From contig ML996687.1 of assembly GCA_010356995.1 (NCBI GenBank), positions 1,551,803 to 1,615,802 of the forward strand: DNA of 64,000 bases, in the 5' to 3' direction. The notes beneath the pieces were generated by a model that saw only the letters and a list, made by a program, of their open reading frames with translations, did no database searches and was not told the DNA's origin. Made by a program: the position numbers and the translations under genes. Source of the DNA: Trichodelitschia bisporula. Taxonomy: Eukaryota. Shown here piece after piece: positions 49,015 to 62,573 of the stretch (the first letter of the stretch is position 1; each line of letters starts with the position of its first letter).

Positions 49015-50638
49015 CTAGTTCTCGAGATTAATCTGCACATGCTTTTCGCCCTCCGGTATCACCTCATCTTCCCTAGATCCTTTGAGAGTAGGCAGATCCT
49101 CAATTGCTTCGCGAATGATATCGAGCGCCTTCTGAATTTCTGCTTCCGTGATGACGAGAGGCGGAGCAAGGCGGATGATATTTTGGTGCGTTGGCTTGGC
49201 CTGTCGTCTACTTGTTAGCGTTCAACTCCGAACATCGGACCTGGAGCAGATCAGGCCCCTATTCTCTGGGATTCTTCTTACCAGCAAGCCCTTGGCCTTG
49301 AAGACCATGCACAAGTCCCATGCCGTGTGCCCATTTGTCTTCGTTTCGTCAATGACGATTGCGTTGAGAAGGCCCTTGCCGCGAATGGTCGTGATGATAG
49401 GGCTGTTGATCGCCTTCAGCCCTACGCGAAACAGCTCACCCAACTGCTGCGCTCTCTCGATCATATTCTCCTCCTGGATCAACTCCAGTGCTCGGATGGC
49501 GATTGCGGAGCCCAAAGGATTGCCTCCATACGTCGAACCGTGCGTTCCTGGCTCGACCGACAGCATGACATCTTTGGATGCCAAAACGCAGGAGACAGGA
49601 TACATGCCGCCCGATATAGCTTTTCCGAGAAGTACCACATCCGGCTTGATGCCACTCCACTCATAGCAGAGCATCTTGCCAGTGCGGGCAATTCCGGTCT
49701 GGATTTCATCACAAATGAGAAGGACCTGGTGCTTCTCGCACAGAGATTTGATTTCTCTGAGGTAGCTTTCGTCCGGCACCACTATACCCGCCTCGCCCTG
49801 GATCGGCTCGACCAAGAATGCCGCCGTATTCTTCCCGAACTCTTCGAACAGAACACGGACATCGTCGACATTATTGTACCGGATTGGCTGATGGGTAGTG
49901 GGATTGATGCTTCCAACACCAGGTAGGTACGGCCCATAGTTCTCACGCGACTCTGGATCCGACGACATGGTTATGGCAGAGAACTACACAAGTTGAACAG
50001 TCAGCTTACGGTCACACAGCCTGGGAGATTAGCCTTACCGTACGGCCATGGAAATTGTTTTCTACGCTAAAAATCAGAGCCTCGTCCTGAGGTATTCCCT
50101 TGACCTTGTAACCCCACTTGCGTGCAAGCTTCACGGCCGTTTCAACCGCCTCAGCGCCGGTGTTCATGGGCAACACCATGTCAAAGTCAAACAGTTTCGT
50201 TACGAACTCTGCAAACTTGGGGAACACGTCGTTGTAGAACGCCCGGCTGCTGAGGGTCAGACGCGATGCTTGATCGACCAAGGCCTTGACAAGCTCGGGA
50301 TGGCAGTGGCCCTGGTTAACTGCGCTGTATGCGGAGAGGAAATCGAGGTAATGCCGTCCTTCCTGGAGTAACGGTATTAGTCCGTCGTCTCGAATAGCTC
50401 TTTAGAAGGGCTATCTCACAGGATCCCACACCGAGCAGCCACTAGCCCGTGAAAAGACCACAGGAAGAGGATGGTAGTTGTGTGCCGCATACAGTGCCTC
50501 ACCAGCAATGGCAGCATCGGATGAGGAGGCATGGTATCGGGAGGCACTCGGTGGGCCCGAGGGCTGGAATGACGGGGCAGTAGGCTTGAGGGATGATGAG
50601 CCTAGTGTCGACCCACTGCTCACTGCACTTGGAGACAT
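49015..50638 (-). CDS. CAR2: Ornithine aminotransferase (class III PLP enzyme); 4 exons
   Basis: [67 protein letters not shown]. Confidence 0.96.
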
Positions 50639-51266
50639 GGTGTATGAAGGTGCTTAAGCTGAGGTGTGAGAGCGTCAAAGTGTGAATATTGTAGTTGTTG
50701 TGTGGTAGCTGAAAAAGTGGTGACAGTACGGATGTAGTTGGTGGGTAGCTGGCGACGTCACCTTTGACATGAAAAACAAAGCGTTGAAAGGCGGGGCGGG
50801 GAAGGGGCGAACTAGCGGCACGGAGGGGCGGCCCATCGCAGCTAAGGAAAAAAGACAGTCGGCGGGGTCGTTTTGGTCACGGCAAATGTTGAGTTGTTTG
50901 GTGGGTTAACAAGTGAAGCCCGAGCGTTCGACTGGACTTGCACTTAGGGGCCAAGTGCAGTTGGATTCCTTGTTCTCATGTGATGAATGTGATGCCTGGC
51001 GATGGCACATTTTGGAAATCCTGTTGTCTTCATTGGGCCGAATCTCTTTGATGCCCCATACTACGTAGTAAGGGAGCTGCAGGGCACGGCACGTGGACAA
51101 TGGATGATGGTTCGATGAGTTCCGAGAGCCGCTCGGTGCGGCTACACTCGGATGCTGCGCGTGTTGGAGATGCATCTCATGTCAACATCTGTGCCAGTCG
51201 CCATGCACGGCCTCTTATCTATGCGGCTTCTGTCTCCTGTCGTCACAGTCAGAGATATCCCCACCG

Positions 51267-51311
51267 CTGATTCTTCATATGACGTGCTTCCCTGATTCTT
51301 CACATGACATG
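51267..51311. repeat. Direct repeat of a 20-bp unit (18/20 identical, 25-bp period)
   Basis: CTGATTCTTCATATGACGTG at 51267-51286 and CTGATTCTTCACATGACATG at 51292-51311. Confidence 0.85.
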
Positions 51312-52459
51312 TTTCGCTGATCCGCGGCTGGGGGTGCAGTAGAGCGAACTTCACCGACCTTACCCCCACATAAGGCTGAAACGGATGAACAGATGAGATC
51401 CATGGCCCCAATCGGCTTTCAACATCTCACCGGAATGATCGCATATTGTCACCCGATGCAGACTTCACGAATTTGAGGGCCGATCTCTATGCCATCCCTC
51501 AGTCTTCCTTCCTTTCCACCGATGTCACCTGCGAAGAAAGCGATGCGGTCTGTGACATCCTGCCTTCCTGCGCCCAATAAGGCATTGTAAACGGTGAGGC
51601 GAGCCACGCCATTGCGTGGGGTTGAGCCGGGCGTGGGTAAGAGTGAATGCCTCAACACTACGAGTACCGCAAGGCTGGAAATGGGCGGTGAGGTGTCCCG
51701 TCCGGCCTCAGTGCGCATGTCTGGAGTAAAGCACTGGTGGAAGCGATACTTCCACGATGCCACGGAAATGGTGTACGCGGTAGTGTAAAGAGCAATTTGT
51801 GCAACGTTCCACTATCGGAGCGGAACTGAACCTCTTTTGGTGACACTGTTCTAGAAGATAAATCGGTCTTGGCTAGCCGGCCTCCCACTCAGCCTCACGG
51901 GGTACTACTGCGTGGCAGATGTGCAGTCGTCAGAGGCCGCGTCCAACGAGGATCCGGAAGATTGAGATTTCGTTATTGCTCCGTGGATGTCATTCAGTGC
52001 ATATCATAGCGACTGGCTGAAAGTCCCTATCTTATCATGGCCGTCGAGCGAATTATGAAGGGATATCAGGTCACGCCCCTTGAGCAAGGCGGACTGCAGG
52101 CGAACCGCTATTTGCCTCGTTACAGCCTGGTCGACATGCCGGCCTTCCACGCCAGCCCTACTCACATCACCGTACTCAGCCTCAGCCGTGTATAAAGTCA
52201 CCAGGCATCGGTCTTGATGCTTCCTCTATCGAATTTTCCTGAGTTACGGTGCTCAACAATCTGCATCACAGAACGATCGCCTTTGGTATCGCCATTGCCA
52301 GTGAGAACTTTGCGCAACGCTCTACAACGTCAACAGTCGCATATTCTCCTAAAAATTTCCAAGCGACGGGCCTCGCTTGTACAATATCTGTACCGTATTT
52401 TATCCGTGCCCGAAAGACTCGTGACGCCATCTGACATCGTCCAGGCCGCTCTGCCTCGT

Positions 52460-54303
52460 ATGGAACAACCCTCTGCTCCTGAATACGGCTTAAACACTAT
52501 TTCCTTCTCTGGCGGCGACTGGGATGGGGCTATACCACTTTACAGTGGAATTGACAATGGCTTCGTCCTGGAACCCGATATCATCAATGCAGCACACGTC
52601 TTCGACCATACCAACTTTCAACCAACATGGGATAGCTGGGGTCAGGCGAACACCGAATACTCTGGCAGTTTCTTGAGAGGCATGAATACTACGTATCATT
52701 GCCTCCAAACCAGCAACTACGAGCAAGATGCTTTCAGAATTTCCGTTTTCGGTGAACCCTCTCACCCGAGAGGTGTGTTTCGGGCCGATGGCCTTGAGCT
52801 CGGACAGCTCGCCCGATTCATAAGCGCAGAGGTCGACGAAGCCGATCCCGAGAAACAGCGGCAAGGCACCGTAAACACAGCAGACGGGAGCGACGACAAT
52901 CCTGAGAAGGACCGGCAGATAGTCCGCCACTCGAGGGGTAAACGCCCTTTGCGAACCACTGTGCCTGTTTCTTCCGGCGGGGTCCAGAAAGGACGGAAAG
53001 GCCCACTCCCACCCCATACCAGAAGACAAGCAGCGGATATGCGTCGGGTCAAGGCATGCAGTAACTGCCGCCAGCGAAAAGCAAAGGTGAGTGCCCAACG
53101 TGGCAGCGCGACTACGGGGAATGCTGACAGTGAAAGTGTGACCCGGGGAAGCCATGTGCAGCCTGTATTCGATATTTCAAGTCAGGCCTAATCAGCAACC
53201 CTTGTCGTGGGCTGAAGCTTCAGACTCTCACCAAGGGGCTTTTTGCAGACACTTTGTTTCCGAGAGGCCAGCCGCGGTCGCTAGAATGGCTCGAATTCAG
53301 CCCATCCGAGGCATTCGACATTGCCCTCAATTTTGGGTTCGGTCCACCGTTTAGGTACCAAGCTGTCCGGGTGTCCTGTGATGATCAGCAGCACCAACAC
53401 GTTGTCTACCCATGGCCGCCAGGGCCATCGGCTGGGCCGAAGCGCGTGGAACATTCAGTTATGCCCATAGCGCTTGCGGTGACACAGGATGCAGACCTGG
53501 ATCGGGTAGTTGCAAAGTACATTGATGAGCTCCTGGAAGAAAAGAACTTCATATCCTTTCCATCATTCGCTTCTCCGCTGCAGATTCTCCACATCATCCA
53601 CAGCTTCTATCAGAACCCGAAAGGCGTCGGCGAGAATGATGTAGTTCTTTTAGGCAATGCGTTTCAGCTGCTGGTTATCATCCATGTCTGTCGTGAGACT
53701 ACCATCTGCTGGAAAGATACCCCGAAGGAGTCCCGTGAAGCTCTGATGCCTGGATACTTGGGGAGAGACCCCGGAGGAAAACCGTGTTTTATCCGCAGTC
53801 AGCTAGGGAAGGTATTGTCGGCAAGGGCACGCAACCTCATGGCAGCTATTCTTGGGAAGCTGGAAGAGATCTGTCTGTCCCAGAAGGAGCAACATTATCC
53901 GCTTATCCTCACAACACTGGCGGTTCTATTGATGGCTCTAGAGGCGGATCAATATCACTCGGCCAAGATACCATACCATGCCGATACCTGTGGACACACG
54001 CATGCCCCGCCAGTTAGGCCTGTCGCTTCTGCCATTGAGGAATCGGTAGACATATTGCTCGGCTTTTTCAGCTCTTGCTTCCCCCGGCATCATCCAGAAA
54101 AAAACTCCATGTCACCGGTCAAAATACACGGAAAGAGTGCAGAGTGTGAAAGCACCATTGGCGTGATTGGCAGGATAAGGGTGGCCCTGGAACAAGCCGA
54201 GGACTATCTGGAGGAGAAGCGAAAGATGAGGCCTGATGATTCCCGGGATATGAGCGTCTTCTTTGATCGATTCTTGGCCAGACTCTTCTCGCGTCAGATT
54301 TAG
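52460..54303 (+). CDS. Zn(II)2Cys6 transcription factor; intron 53087-53136
   Basis: After splicing: CSNCRQRKAK|CDPGKPCAACIRYFKSGLISNPC; frame continues into ORF 53254-54303; start codon uncertain. Confidence 0.85.
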
Positions 54304-54695
54304 CAACGGAGTTAAGGGCGACCGTCTGTTTTTGTTATGAGCGTGGGAGTTCGGTTGTTCTGTATGCTCAATGGCGACGGTTTGACACACCACACACTGC
54401 CGATCATTGTAGTCTGTGAACCATCAGTTTATACTTTTTTGAGGTTCTCTGAAGAGGCACGTGTACCCCGTGATCAAGCGTATGTGTAGCCTTTCGCAAA
54501 CTGGTGACGACAGTGGGGCATATTCCCATCATCAAAATGGACAAATGGCAGAAGTACCTAAGCGCAACGTTTTGTCGCCTTCATGGGCCCCGAAGTTCGA
54601 TGAGATGCTACAAACGTCGTAGATAATATTCGTCCACCCTTCCTTCCGGTCCCTGTGGTATAGGCAACCAAATGCTTCAAAGGTAACATGGTATC

Positions 54696-55460
54696 CTACT
54701 TTTGTCCTCCCTCCGACACAGGCCGTTGGCCTGCACTTTTCGCATCAACATCGAGGACCTGCTGCACCCGTTCCTCAAACGCCTCAATCATGACGGCAGC
54801 AATCCTGCTAGTGACAGCGGCACTCATGGCACTGTACAGGGGGTTCGAGAACTGGAATTCAATGGCCAGGCTCACTTCAGTATGCTCTTTAGCGGGAGAA
54901 TCGGTGTCCAGCCTTTGGGAAAGAGCCAAAGAGGAGTTGGGTTCGCGGAGCAGCGGCCGCACAGTCCAGCGAGTAAGAAGGTGGGTGAGAATCCCCTCTG
55001 CTTTTAAGTTGGTATTCTTTGAGTCGGCTTCGGCGAGAGAGTGGTGTTGAATGTCTCCGGGGGGCAGGGTGGTTTGGGAGGCCCCACCAACTGCCTCCAC
55101 GACCTTTCCGGGAACGCAATAGATGCGGGAGGTGAACGTCTCTTGGATGCCCCCCCAGCCGACAACGAGACGTGCTTCCGAAGGCCAACGACGGCCAGTG
55201 TGAGCGTCCGGATGCGACCAGCGCGTGACGACACTGCTTGCGCAGTAAGGAAGGAACGCAGAGTACTGTGGGACGTCGGCGATGACGGCGTATATGGCTG
55301 ATGATGGGTATGGCAAAGTACGAGTAGCCTCGAGATTTTGACGAGGTGTTGGTACCGATAAGAATGTGCGTGGGGTTTGCGACGGGCGGTATTTCGGAGG
55401 CAGAGTACGGAATGGACGCACTGCGCTTGCAGGAGACGAGAGAAGACAAGGGCCCCTCAT
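54696..55460 (-). CDS. COQ10: Coenzyme Q-binding START/cyclase-domain protein
   Basis: Mitochondrial presequence; RTLPY..IYAVIADVPQYSAFLPYC, ETFTSR, IEFQFSNPLY, IEAFEER. Confidence 0.9.
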   Translation of the reverse strand: MRGPCLLSSPASAVRPFRTLPPKYRPSQTPRTFLSVPTPRQNLEATRTLPYPSSAIYAVIADVPQYSAFLPYCASSVVTRWSHPDAHTGRRWPSEARLVVGWGGIQETFTSRIYCVPGKVVEAVGGASQTTLPPGDIQHHSLAEADSKNTNLKAEGILTHLLTRWTVRPLLREPNSSLALSQRLDTDSPAKEHTEVSLAIEFQFSNPLYSAMSAAVTSRIAAVMIEAFEERVQQVLDVDAKSAGQRPVSEGGQK

Positions 55461-55929
55461 AGCTCGTATGGTGGATTAAAGAAGGACAGAGACGCTCGGG
55501 AAATGAGAGCAAGGCAAAGGTGACGAAGGGAGGTAGTGGAAAGGAGGAGTAGGAGGAAGAAGAGGTACAAGTACTTTTGGCATGCTAGGACGCGATTTTT
55601 ACATGGCAATTGAAGGACTTGGGACAAGATTCGCAAGATGATCAAGGAACAACAACGCCTCCACAGCCGCTAGCCTCTCGTGAGCTGACATCACGGGTTA
55701 GACCCCTGGACCCTTGCCTCCAGTAAGTTGCTACCCGTAGAGCTGTTTAATAGCAAGCTTAGGCTCTCCTTACCTATAATATCTTATCGATAGTCCCCCA
55801 CCTTCATGTCCTCCCAAAATTTCCACCTCGACCTTCTGTACAAGTAAACTATCCGTCCCCTTTCCAAAGCAAAAGATAAACTCTGACTTTCTGCATACTT
55901 TGCGCTCTCTCTCCTCTAACACTCACTCT

Positions 55930-57227
55930 ATGCAATCCTCAACCAGTCCGGCGCCCCAGGTGGCTGGAACTCAGCGCAAACAACTCTCCAACGGCATGCA
56001 ACACATGCGTGCGGTTGTAACAGTGCCAGAGCCCACGGCTGACGACGACGCGTCTGCTTATGGTGTGCCAGGCTACATACAGCCCGTCCGTCAGCCCCGA
56101 ACCGATGCTCCCCCAAACTCAGAGAAGCGGCGCGATCCCTTCCAGTTTGGCTCCCGCGTGCTCGAGGAGGGCCATGACATCTTCGAGTTCAACGCGTGGG
56201 ATCACGTAGAGACGGATGATGCTTACAAGGAGTTTGCTGAGACTCAATATGCCATGCAAAGAGAGACTCCGGTTAGCGAGTTTGACAAAAGTAGCCCTCC
56301 GTCGCTTCTCCCTCGGTTGTTATCGCTGATCAAGTGTTCGTAGAGAGATTCAACGATCAGCCCGAAAAATGGTGGAATAAGTTCTATGCCAACAACGCGG
56401 CAAACTTCTTCAAGAATCGCAAATGGCTGGCCCATGAATTCCCAGTGCTCGTATCGTTGACGAAACCCGATGCTCCGGCAACCGTCATCCTGGAAGTCGG
56501 TGCCGGCGCCGGCAACACAGCATTCCCCATCCTCGCCCTAAACCAAAACCCACATCTCCGAATCCATGCTTGCGACTTTTCGAAGAAAGCTGTCGAGCTC
56601 ATACGGAACAATGAAGCTTACAACAATCCGGCAGCTGTCGGCCACATTGAAGCTTCAGTATGGGACATTGCGAGCCCACCCGACCCTGTTAGCTCGGTGC
56701 CTTGTCTACCAGAAGGCGTTGCTCCCGGGAGTGTTGACATTGTCATGCTTATATTCATCTTCTCGGCTTTGGCGCCATCTCAATGGACTCAGGCCGTTCG
56801 GAATGTCTGGCACGTGTTGAAGCCTGGGGGTGTGGTGCTGTTCCGCGACTATGGGAGAGGAGATTTGGCGCAGGTTCGATTCAAGAAAGGCAGATGGATG
56901 GAAGAAAACTTCTATGTACGAGGAGACGGGACGAGAGTCTACTTTTTCGACGAGGGGGAATTGCAACAGATTTGGGCAGGGCAGGAAGACGAGACCCACA
57001 ACGACAAGACGCTACAAATCGACCTCGCATCTCTGGCTCTTGAAGGGTCTGATGACAACAAGAGCACAGATGATGCGGACAAGCCTGAGGAGTCAAGCGA
57101 TTCAACTGCTCGGCCAAAGTTCCACGTCATGGAATTTGGTGTAGACCGACGCATGTTGGTGAACCGCCAACGAAGGCTGAAGATGTATCGGTGCTGGATG
57201 CAAGCCCGCTTCCATAAGCCAGAATGA
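55930..57227 (+). CDS. TRM140: tRNA N3-methylcytidine methyltransferase (Trm140/METTL2 family); intron 56291-56343
   Basis: FGSRVL, FNAWD, FFKNRKWL..EFP, LEVGAGAGN, IFIFSAL, FRDYGRGDLAQVRF, YVRGDGTRVYFF, MYRCWMQ. Confidence 0.92.
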
Positions 57228-57776
57228 TGACTTCCAGCTGTACCCGTACGAGTAGCGATACCGTGCTTACTACTGACCATGTAGATATAGAGCATATATC
57301 GTATTACAGATTACACCTTTTCAGCAGTGCTAACTTTTCATGTGCGTGGGAGCACTGGATTCTGGGTTACTTCGTACGTGGTCATGGTTTTGTTGGTTTT
57401 TTGCTGCTCTTTGGGCATCCGCCAATTGGGTCGATCCGGTGGTTTCTGTCCGATCGCCGTTTCCCTGCCATCGGCGAAGCAGACGGCCCGTGCATACCGT
57501 AGGAGCCACAAAGCTTGGCCAGCGTACCTATGACGTTATCTCACAGCCTGGGCTGGGAAAGCGCAAACCGGGCCCTAGAAAGTGCTTGCCGGTTACAGCT
57601 TTGCTCCGTCTGGCTCTAGAAAGCTCCGCGAAACTCTTTCATTGATCATCGCTTGCTGCCTCACGGAACTACCCACTTACCCCTCACATACCCCCAAACG
57701 CCTCTTCTCCTAACAACACATTCACTTGCGTTTTCTCCATCGTCTCGCTGCTGCGCTTGCAGCCCCCCCCGCCATC

Positions 57777-60608
57777 ATGCCCGTCTTTGTGTGCTCCTTG
57801 TACGTAGCCCTTAAGATGTCGTTTGTGTCACCCCTAGTCCTGACATCCGGCGCAGGTTTCTGCCGTACACGGTTAACTTCCATGACCTGCCTACAGCGGC
57901 CCAGCGGCCCAGCGCGCCGGTTCGTATGGGTAGCAGGACCGAAACGACGTTGCTCGGTGCTCAAACACCTCCCCCGAAGACACCTGCAGCCGGCACCGAT
58001 GCCGAAGATTTCTTCTCTCAGGTGCCACCGAGCGCTCTAGCTCATCTTGCTCGCGGCAGTGACCCGCGTTCACTGGTCCGAAGTGACTCTCATATTGCTG
58101 AATGGGGACGCGCACTTCACTTGAACCAACCGCCCTCCAGGGCTGAGGCTCTTCCGCCTTCCATGATCCTCGGTTATGGTTCGCCGCCCAATGGCGAAGA
58201 GGAGCAGCAAGCTGTGCCCAAGAAGAAGCCCTCCAAGTCCGGCAAAGGTCCTCGCCCTACCAGTCACGAGCGTCGCTGGGCCACCGAGTGGACCATTGAA
58301 CCTGCCGAGCAGGGCAATGGCGGTCTCGCCAATGCTGTTCGGATGACGCAGCAGTCCGGAGATATTGAGGAGACTCTGTGGCTTGGAACTGTCGGGTTCC
58401 CAACGGATTCGCTCGAGAGCAGCACGAAGGAGGAGATTGCCGAGAAGCTGGAATCCGAATACAACTCGATTGCCGTGTACATCAGCGACAACGACTTGGA
58501 TGGCCATTACTCTCACTACTGCAAGACCATACTTTGGCCCGTCTTTCACTACCAGATCCCCGATCACCCAAAGAGCAAGGCGTATGAGGATCATTCCTGG
58601 GTCTATTACGTGAACCTGAACCGGGCCTTTGCGGACAGCATCGTCAAGAACTACAAGCGCGGTGACACGATCTGGATCCATGACTACCATCTGCTCCTCG
58701 TGCCAGCGATGGTCCGGGAAAAGCTCCCCGATGCCGAGATCGGCTTCTTTCTCCATGCGGCGTTCCCTTCGTCGGAAGTGTTCCGCTGCCTCGCTTTCCG
58801 GAGAAAGCTGCTAGAAGGCATGCTTGGGGCCAATGTTGTCTTGTTTCAGAATGACGAGTATAAGGAGCACTTTTTAACCACCTGCAGCCGCTTGCTCAAC
58901 GTTGAGGCCACCCTCAGCGGCGTCCAGCTGGATGATCACTTGGTAAATGTAGGGTCCGTGCCAATTGGCATTGACCCCGAAGGGCTGGACCAGGCTCGCC
59001 AGGACCCGGCGGTGACGGAGTGGGTGAAGGTCATGGAGGAGCGGTACAAGGGGAAGAAGCTGATTGTCGCGCGCGACAAGCTGGATAACATCCGCGGTGT
59101 AAGGCAGAAGTTGCTGGCTTTCGAGCTGTTCCTCAACAAGTATCCCGAATGGCGCGACAAGGTCGGTGTTGCATGTTCCAGATGAGGCGGTGCTGACATA
59201 CGGCAGGCTGTTCTGATTCAAGTGGCAACTTTCGTCTCAGACAATCCCCAGCTTTCGGCTACGGTCTCGGACATTGTCACTCGCATCGATTCCCAGTACT
59301 CTAGTCTGGCACATCAACCTCTGGTCTTCCTGCGTCAGGACATCGCCTTCCCTCAGTATCTGGCCCTCTTGTCGGTCGCGGATGCCTTGATGATCACTAG
59401 CCTCCGCGAGGGCATGAATCTCACTAGCCATGAGTTTGTGATATGCCAGGATGGCAAACTCGGGGGTAAGAAGCACGGACCTGTTATTCTGAGCGAGTTC
59501 ACAGGGAGTGCTGCCATCTTTGGCCGCTATCATCTGTCCGTGAACCCTTGGGACTACCAGCAATGTGCCAACGCGATCAAGACGGCTCTCGAAATGGGCC
59601 CTGAGGAGAAGGCGCGCCGCTTCGAGGGACTTCACGACGTGGTTCTGCACCAAACGGGGAAGCACTGGTGTGAGCAGCTCAATGCTCGGCTGAGGAACGC
59701 GTACGAGGAGCATTACCGGCGTGACACCATGTCGATTCCGCGACTCTCAGCGAGCCAGCTGAGTGATAAGTACCGCAAGTCCAAGGAGCGCCTCTTCATA
59801 CTTGATTACGAAGGCACCCTGACATCACTCGGAGCCCCTGCCAGCATACACCTTGCTAGTCCGCAGCGTGTCATCGATGCTTTGAATGATCTACTCTCCG
59901 ATGAGAAGAACATTGTGTACATCATGAGTGCACGCATGCCGGAGGAACTGGATAAACTCTTCGACCGTGTTCCTGGAGTTGGCAAAATTGCCGAAAACGG
60001 CTGTTTCGTGCAGGAGCCTTTTACCAAGTGGAAAGCCTTCCCTGACCTGGCAAAGATGGAAGAATGGAAGGAGCCTGTCAAGACCATTCTGAAGTACTAC
60101 CGTGACCGCATCGAAGGTAGTTCCATCGAGGAGCGGTACTGCTCGCTGGTGTTCCGATATGGAAAGGCGGAAGACGCCGAAGGGGCAGCTCGCCAGGCCG
60201 GTGACTGTGCCAATCATATCAATGATGCTTGCGGCAGCCAAAATATCCGCGCAGTTCCTCTCGACAAGTCCGTGACCATTGAGCCTCTGCAGTGGAGCAA
60301 AGGTAGCGCTGCTACCCACGTCTTCGACCGGATCAAGGCGAAACATGGCTCTGGAGATGTACCCGACTTTCTGTTCGTCGCTGGAGACGACCGGGAAGAT
60401 GAGGCCATATTCCGGTGGGCTAATGGATTGGCCAAGAGCCGGAAAGTGCAGTACGTAACGACGGTGACCGTTGGAAAGCGCAACACGGAAGCGATGGCGA
60501 CCCTCACACAGGGCACGAGTGGTGAGTGAGCTGATTACGACGTGGACTTGTACGCTGACATCTCTAGGTCTGTTATCTGTGCTCCAGCGTCTCTCTCGCA
60601 TCCGCTAA
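57777..60608 (+). CDS. TPS3: Trehalose synthase complex regulatory subunit (Tps3/Tsl1-type, GT20 plus TPP-like domain); 4 exons
   Basis: SLFLPYTV, WIHDYHL, FPSSEVFRCL, LREGMNL, LSEFTG; HAD motif reads LDYEGTL rather than the catalytic DYDGTL of Tps2. Confidence 0.85.
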
Positions 60609-61077
60609 AGCTCGGAGCTGGTCCGTAATGGCGGCGATCACTAATGATTCCTATCTTCTGAAGCCGTCATGGCCATGCAATTGGGGGGGTAGAAGGGTTA
60701 GCGGGAAATTAGAGCGTACCTAATTAGATACCGTAGTTCCATGTGTGCCGAAACAATAATGACACCCTTGCATACATGACAGTTACGTGCAAGAGCGGGA
60801 AGCTTGGGAAACTGGCATGTAAGGAGAATTGACCCGATGGTATTGACTAAACCTCAAAGCTCGTAATGCACACGTCTGGCCAAGCAAGAGCCAGTGCTTT
60901 GCTGTTGCAGTATGAACGTCTGTCCCATCCCTCGTGAGGCTGAAATATGTGCTCGAGGCTGCACGGCACGGGCCGACGTTCTGCCGAGAGGTCTGCGCAA
61001 AAAGTTGACGTCCGCAACGCAAGCCATCGCAATTGCGTACCTCATAATCTACCCCTATCAAAAGTGGATCACCCAGG

Positions 61078-62193
61078 ATGAGTTTGCGGGGGATATGTCA
61101 GCGTCTTCGGCCGCAGTTCTCGGGTGTGGTAAGTTTGCCCAATTCGCCTCATGATCCAAGTTAACCGGAGCGCTCCAAGAGACAACTATCACAAGTCGCC
61201 GGCAGTTCGCAACAGCCCCGGGGCTTGCTCCAGGTTCCGCCGCTCAGGGATGAAGAGATTCTTCAAAGATATGGGATTCCCGGGCTCTACGGCAAGGAGA
61301 CATTTAAGATAGCGTGGTACGATTGGCAGGGACAGATGGTGCGGAGGATCAACGACTTGACTGCTGGTATGCCGCGCCAACGTCGAACACCAAGGAGCAA
61401 TGGCTAATTACTGCAATAGAGGGAACCTTAGCACACAAAGACCCGAAGACTATCCTCTTGCAGACGGCACGAGACCCCCAGCAGGCCGCTCTGTTCAACT
61501 ATGCTTCCATGGCCTGGAACAATCATTTCTACTTCGACAAAATCGTTAGTCACCCTGCGTAGCCTAGAAACGGCTTTGAGTTTATGTCGCTGACTTTCTG
61601 CGTAGAACATCCGCGCGGAGGAGGGAGACCACAACCAGCCGATTCCCATACCAATTGAGCTTGAAAGGGAACTCGTTCGCGACTTTTCCTCGATCGAGAG
61701 CCTCCGGACCGAATTACTGGCAACGGCATATTCTATGTTCGGACCAGGCTTCGTATGGCTGGTCCGATCTGCGCTGGCCCACAAGAACTCAACGCACCGT
61801 TGGTTCATCCTTACTACCTACCTCGCCGGGTCCCCACTCGCCGGTGCACATAACCGCCTCCAACCGGTCGATATGAACACACAAAACCCGGCGAGCGGAC
61901 TCACACGGGAAGATGTGCTGCGTCAGTCAACGCCTCAGAACTACGTCGGAAGCTTCGGGGGTTATGGGCCCAAGCCGCGAGTCAGCTATGGTGGTATCGA
62001 GGTTGTGCCTTGTCTGTGTGTCAACACCTGGCAACACGCTTGGATGTTCGACTGGACTCTCGCGGGGAAGATGGAATTCCTGGAAGCTTGGTGGGAAAGA
62101 GTCGAGTGGAATCGCGTGGCACAGGCAGTCAACCTCAGAACGGAGACTAGGAGTGGCGATCTGGCTTACATGGGCACGAATGGAAGCACTTAG
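61078..62193 (+). CDS. Fe/Mn-SOD-fold mitochondrial small-subunit ribosomal protein (mS42/mS43 type); 4 exons
   Basis: Presequence [55 protein letters not shown] metal-ligand set (DxWEHAY) is degenerate. Confidence 0.85.
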
Positions 62194-62573
62194 ACGATAT
62201 GAGTGTAAGCCTACTGTACTATATGTTTGCGAAGCCGCCTGTGCGATGCTTTTGCCTGTGAATTTGCTTTTGGGCTGCGTGATGATTGATGATGACCTAG
62301 ACGCGTTACCCGCCCGCCAAAAGCCAGTTGTGCGGCTGGCGTCTGGCAACCGGACTAGGATGGGCCGGGGGTTCCGGGGGTGCTTGGACACCTCCGCCTG
62401 CGCCCACTTGCTCTCCGTCACTCCTTGCACGCGATTCTCCGCAACGGCAACAACAAAGTCGCAACCCCAAGCCGCAACCCCTTTATCTCCTCAGCGATAA
62501 AGCAACTGCCTCAAAGCCTTTCTGGACTCCCCTTTTCCGTGACTGAGTGCGCACCATCTCAACAGCCAAATCC

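Noticed and set aside
51449..52201. Short minus-strand ORFs that look protein-like
   Set aside because: No ATG start or consistent splice path and no recognisable motif
56280..56345. Frame switch in TRM140 suggesting the +1 programmed frameshift of yeast ABP140
   Set aside because: A normal GT..GCTGAT..TAG intron (56291-56343) fully explains the switch, and no CTT-AGG-C slippery site is present
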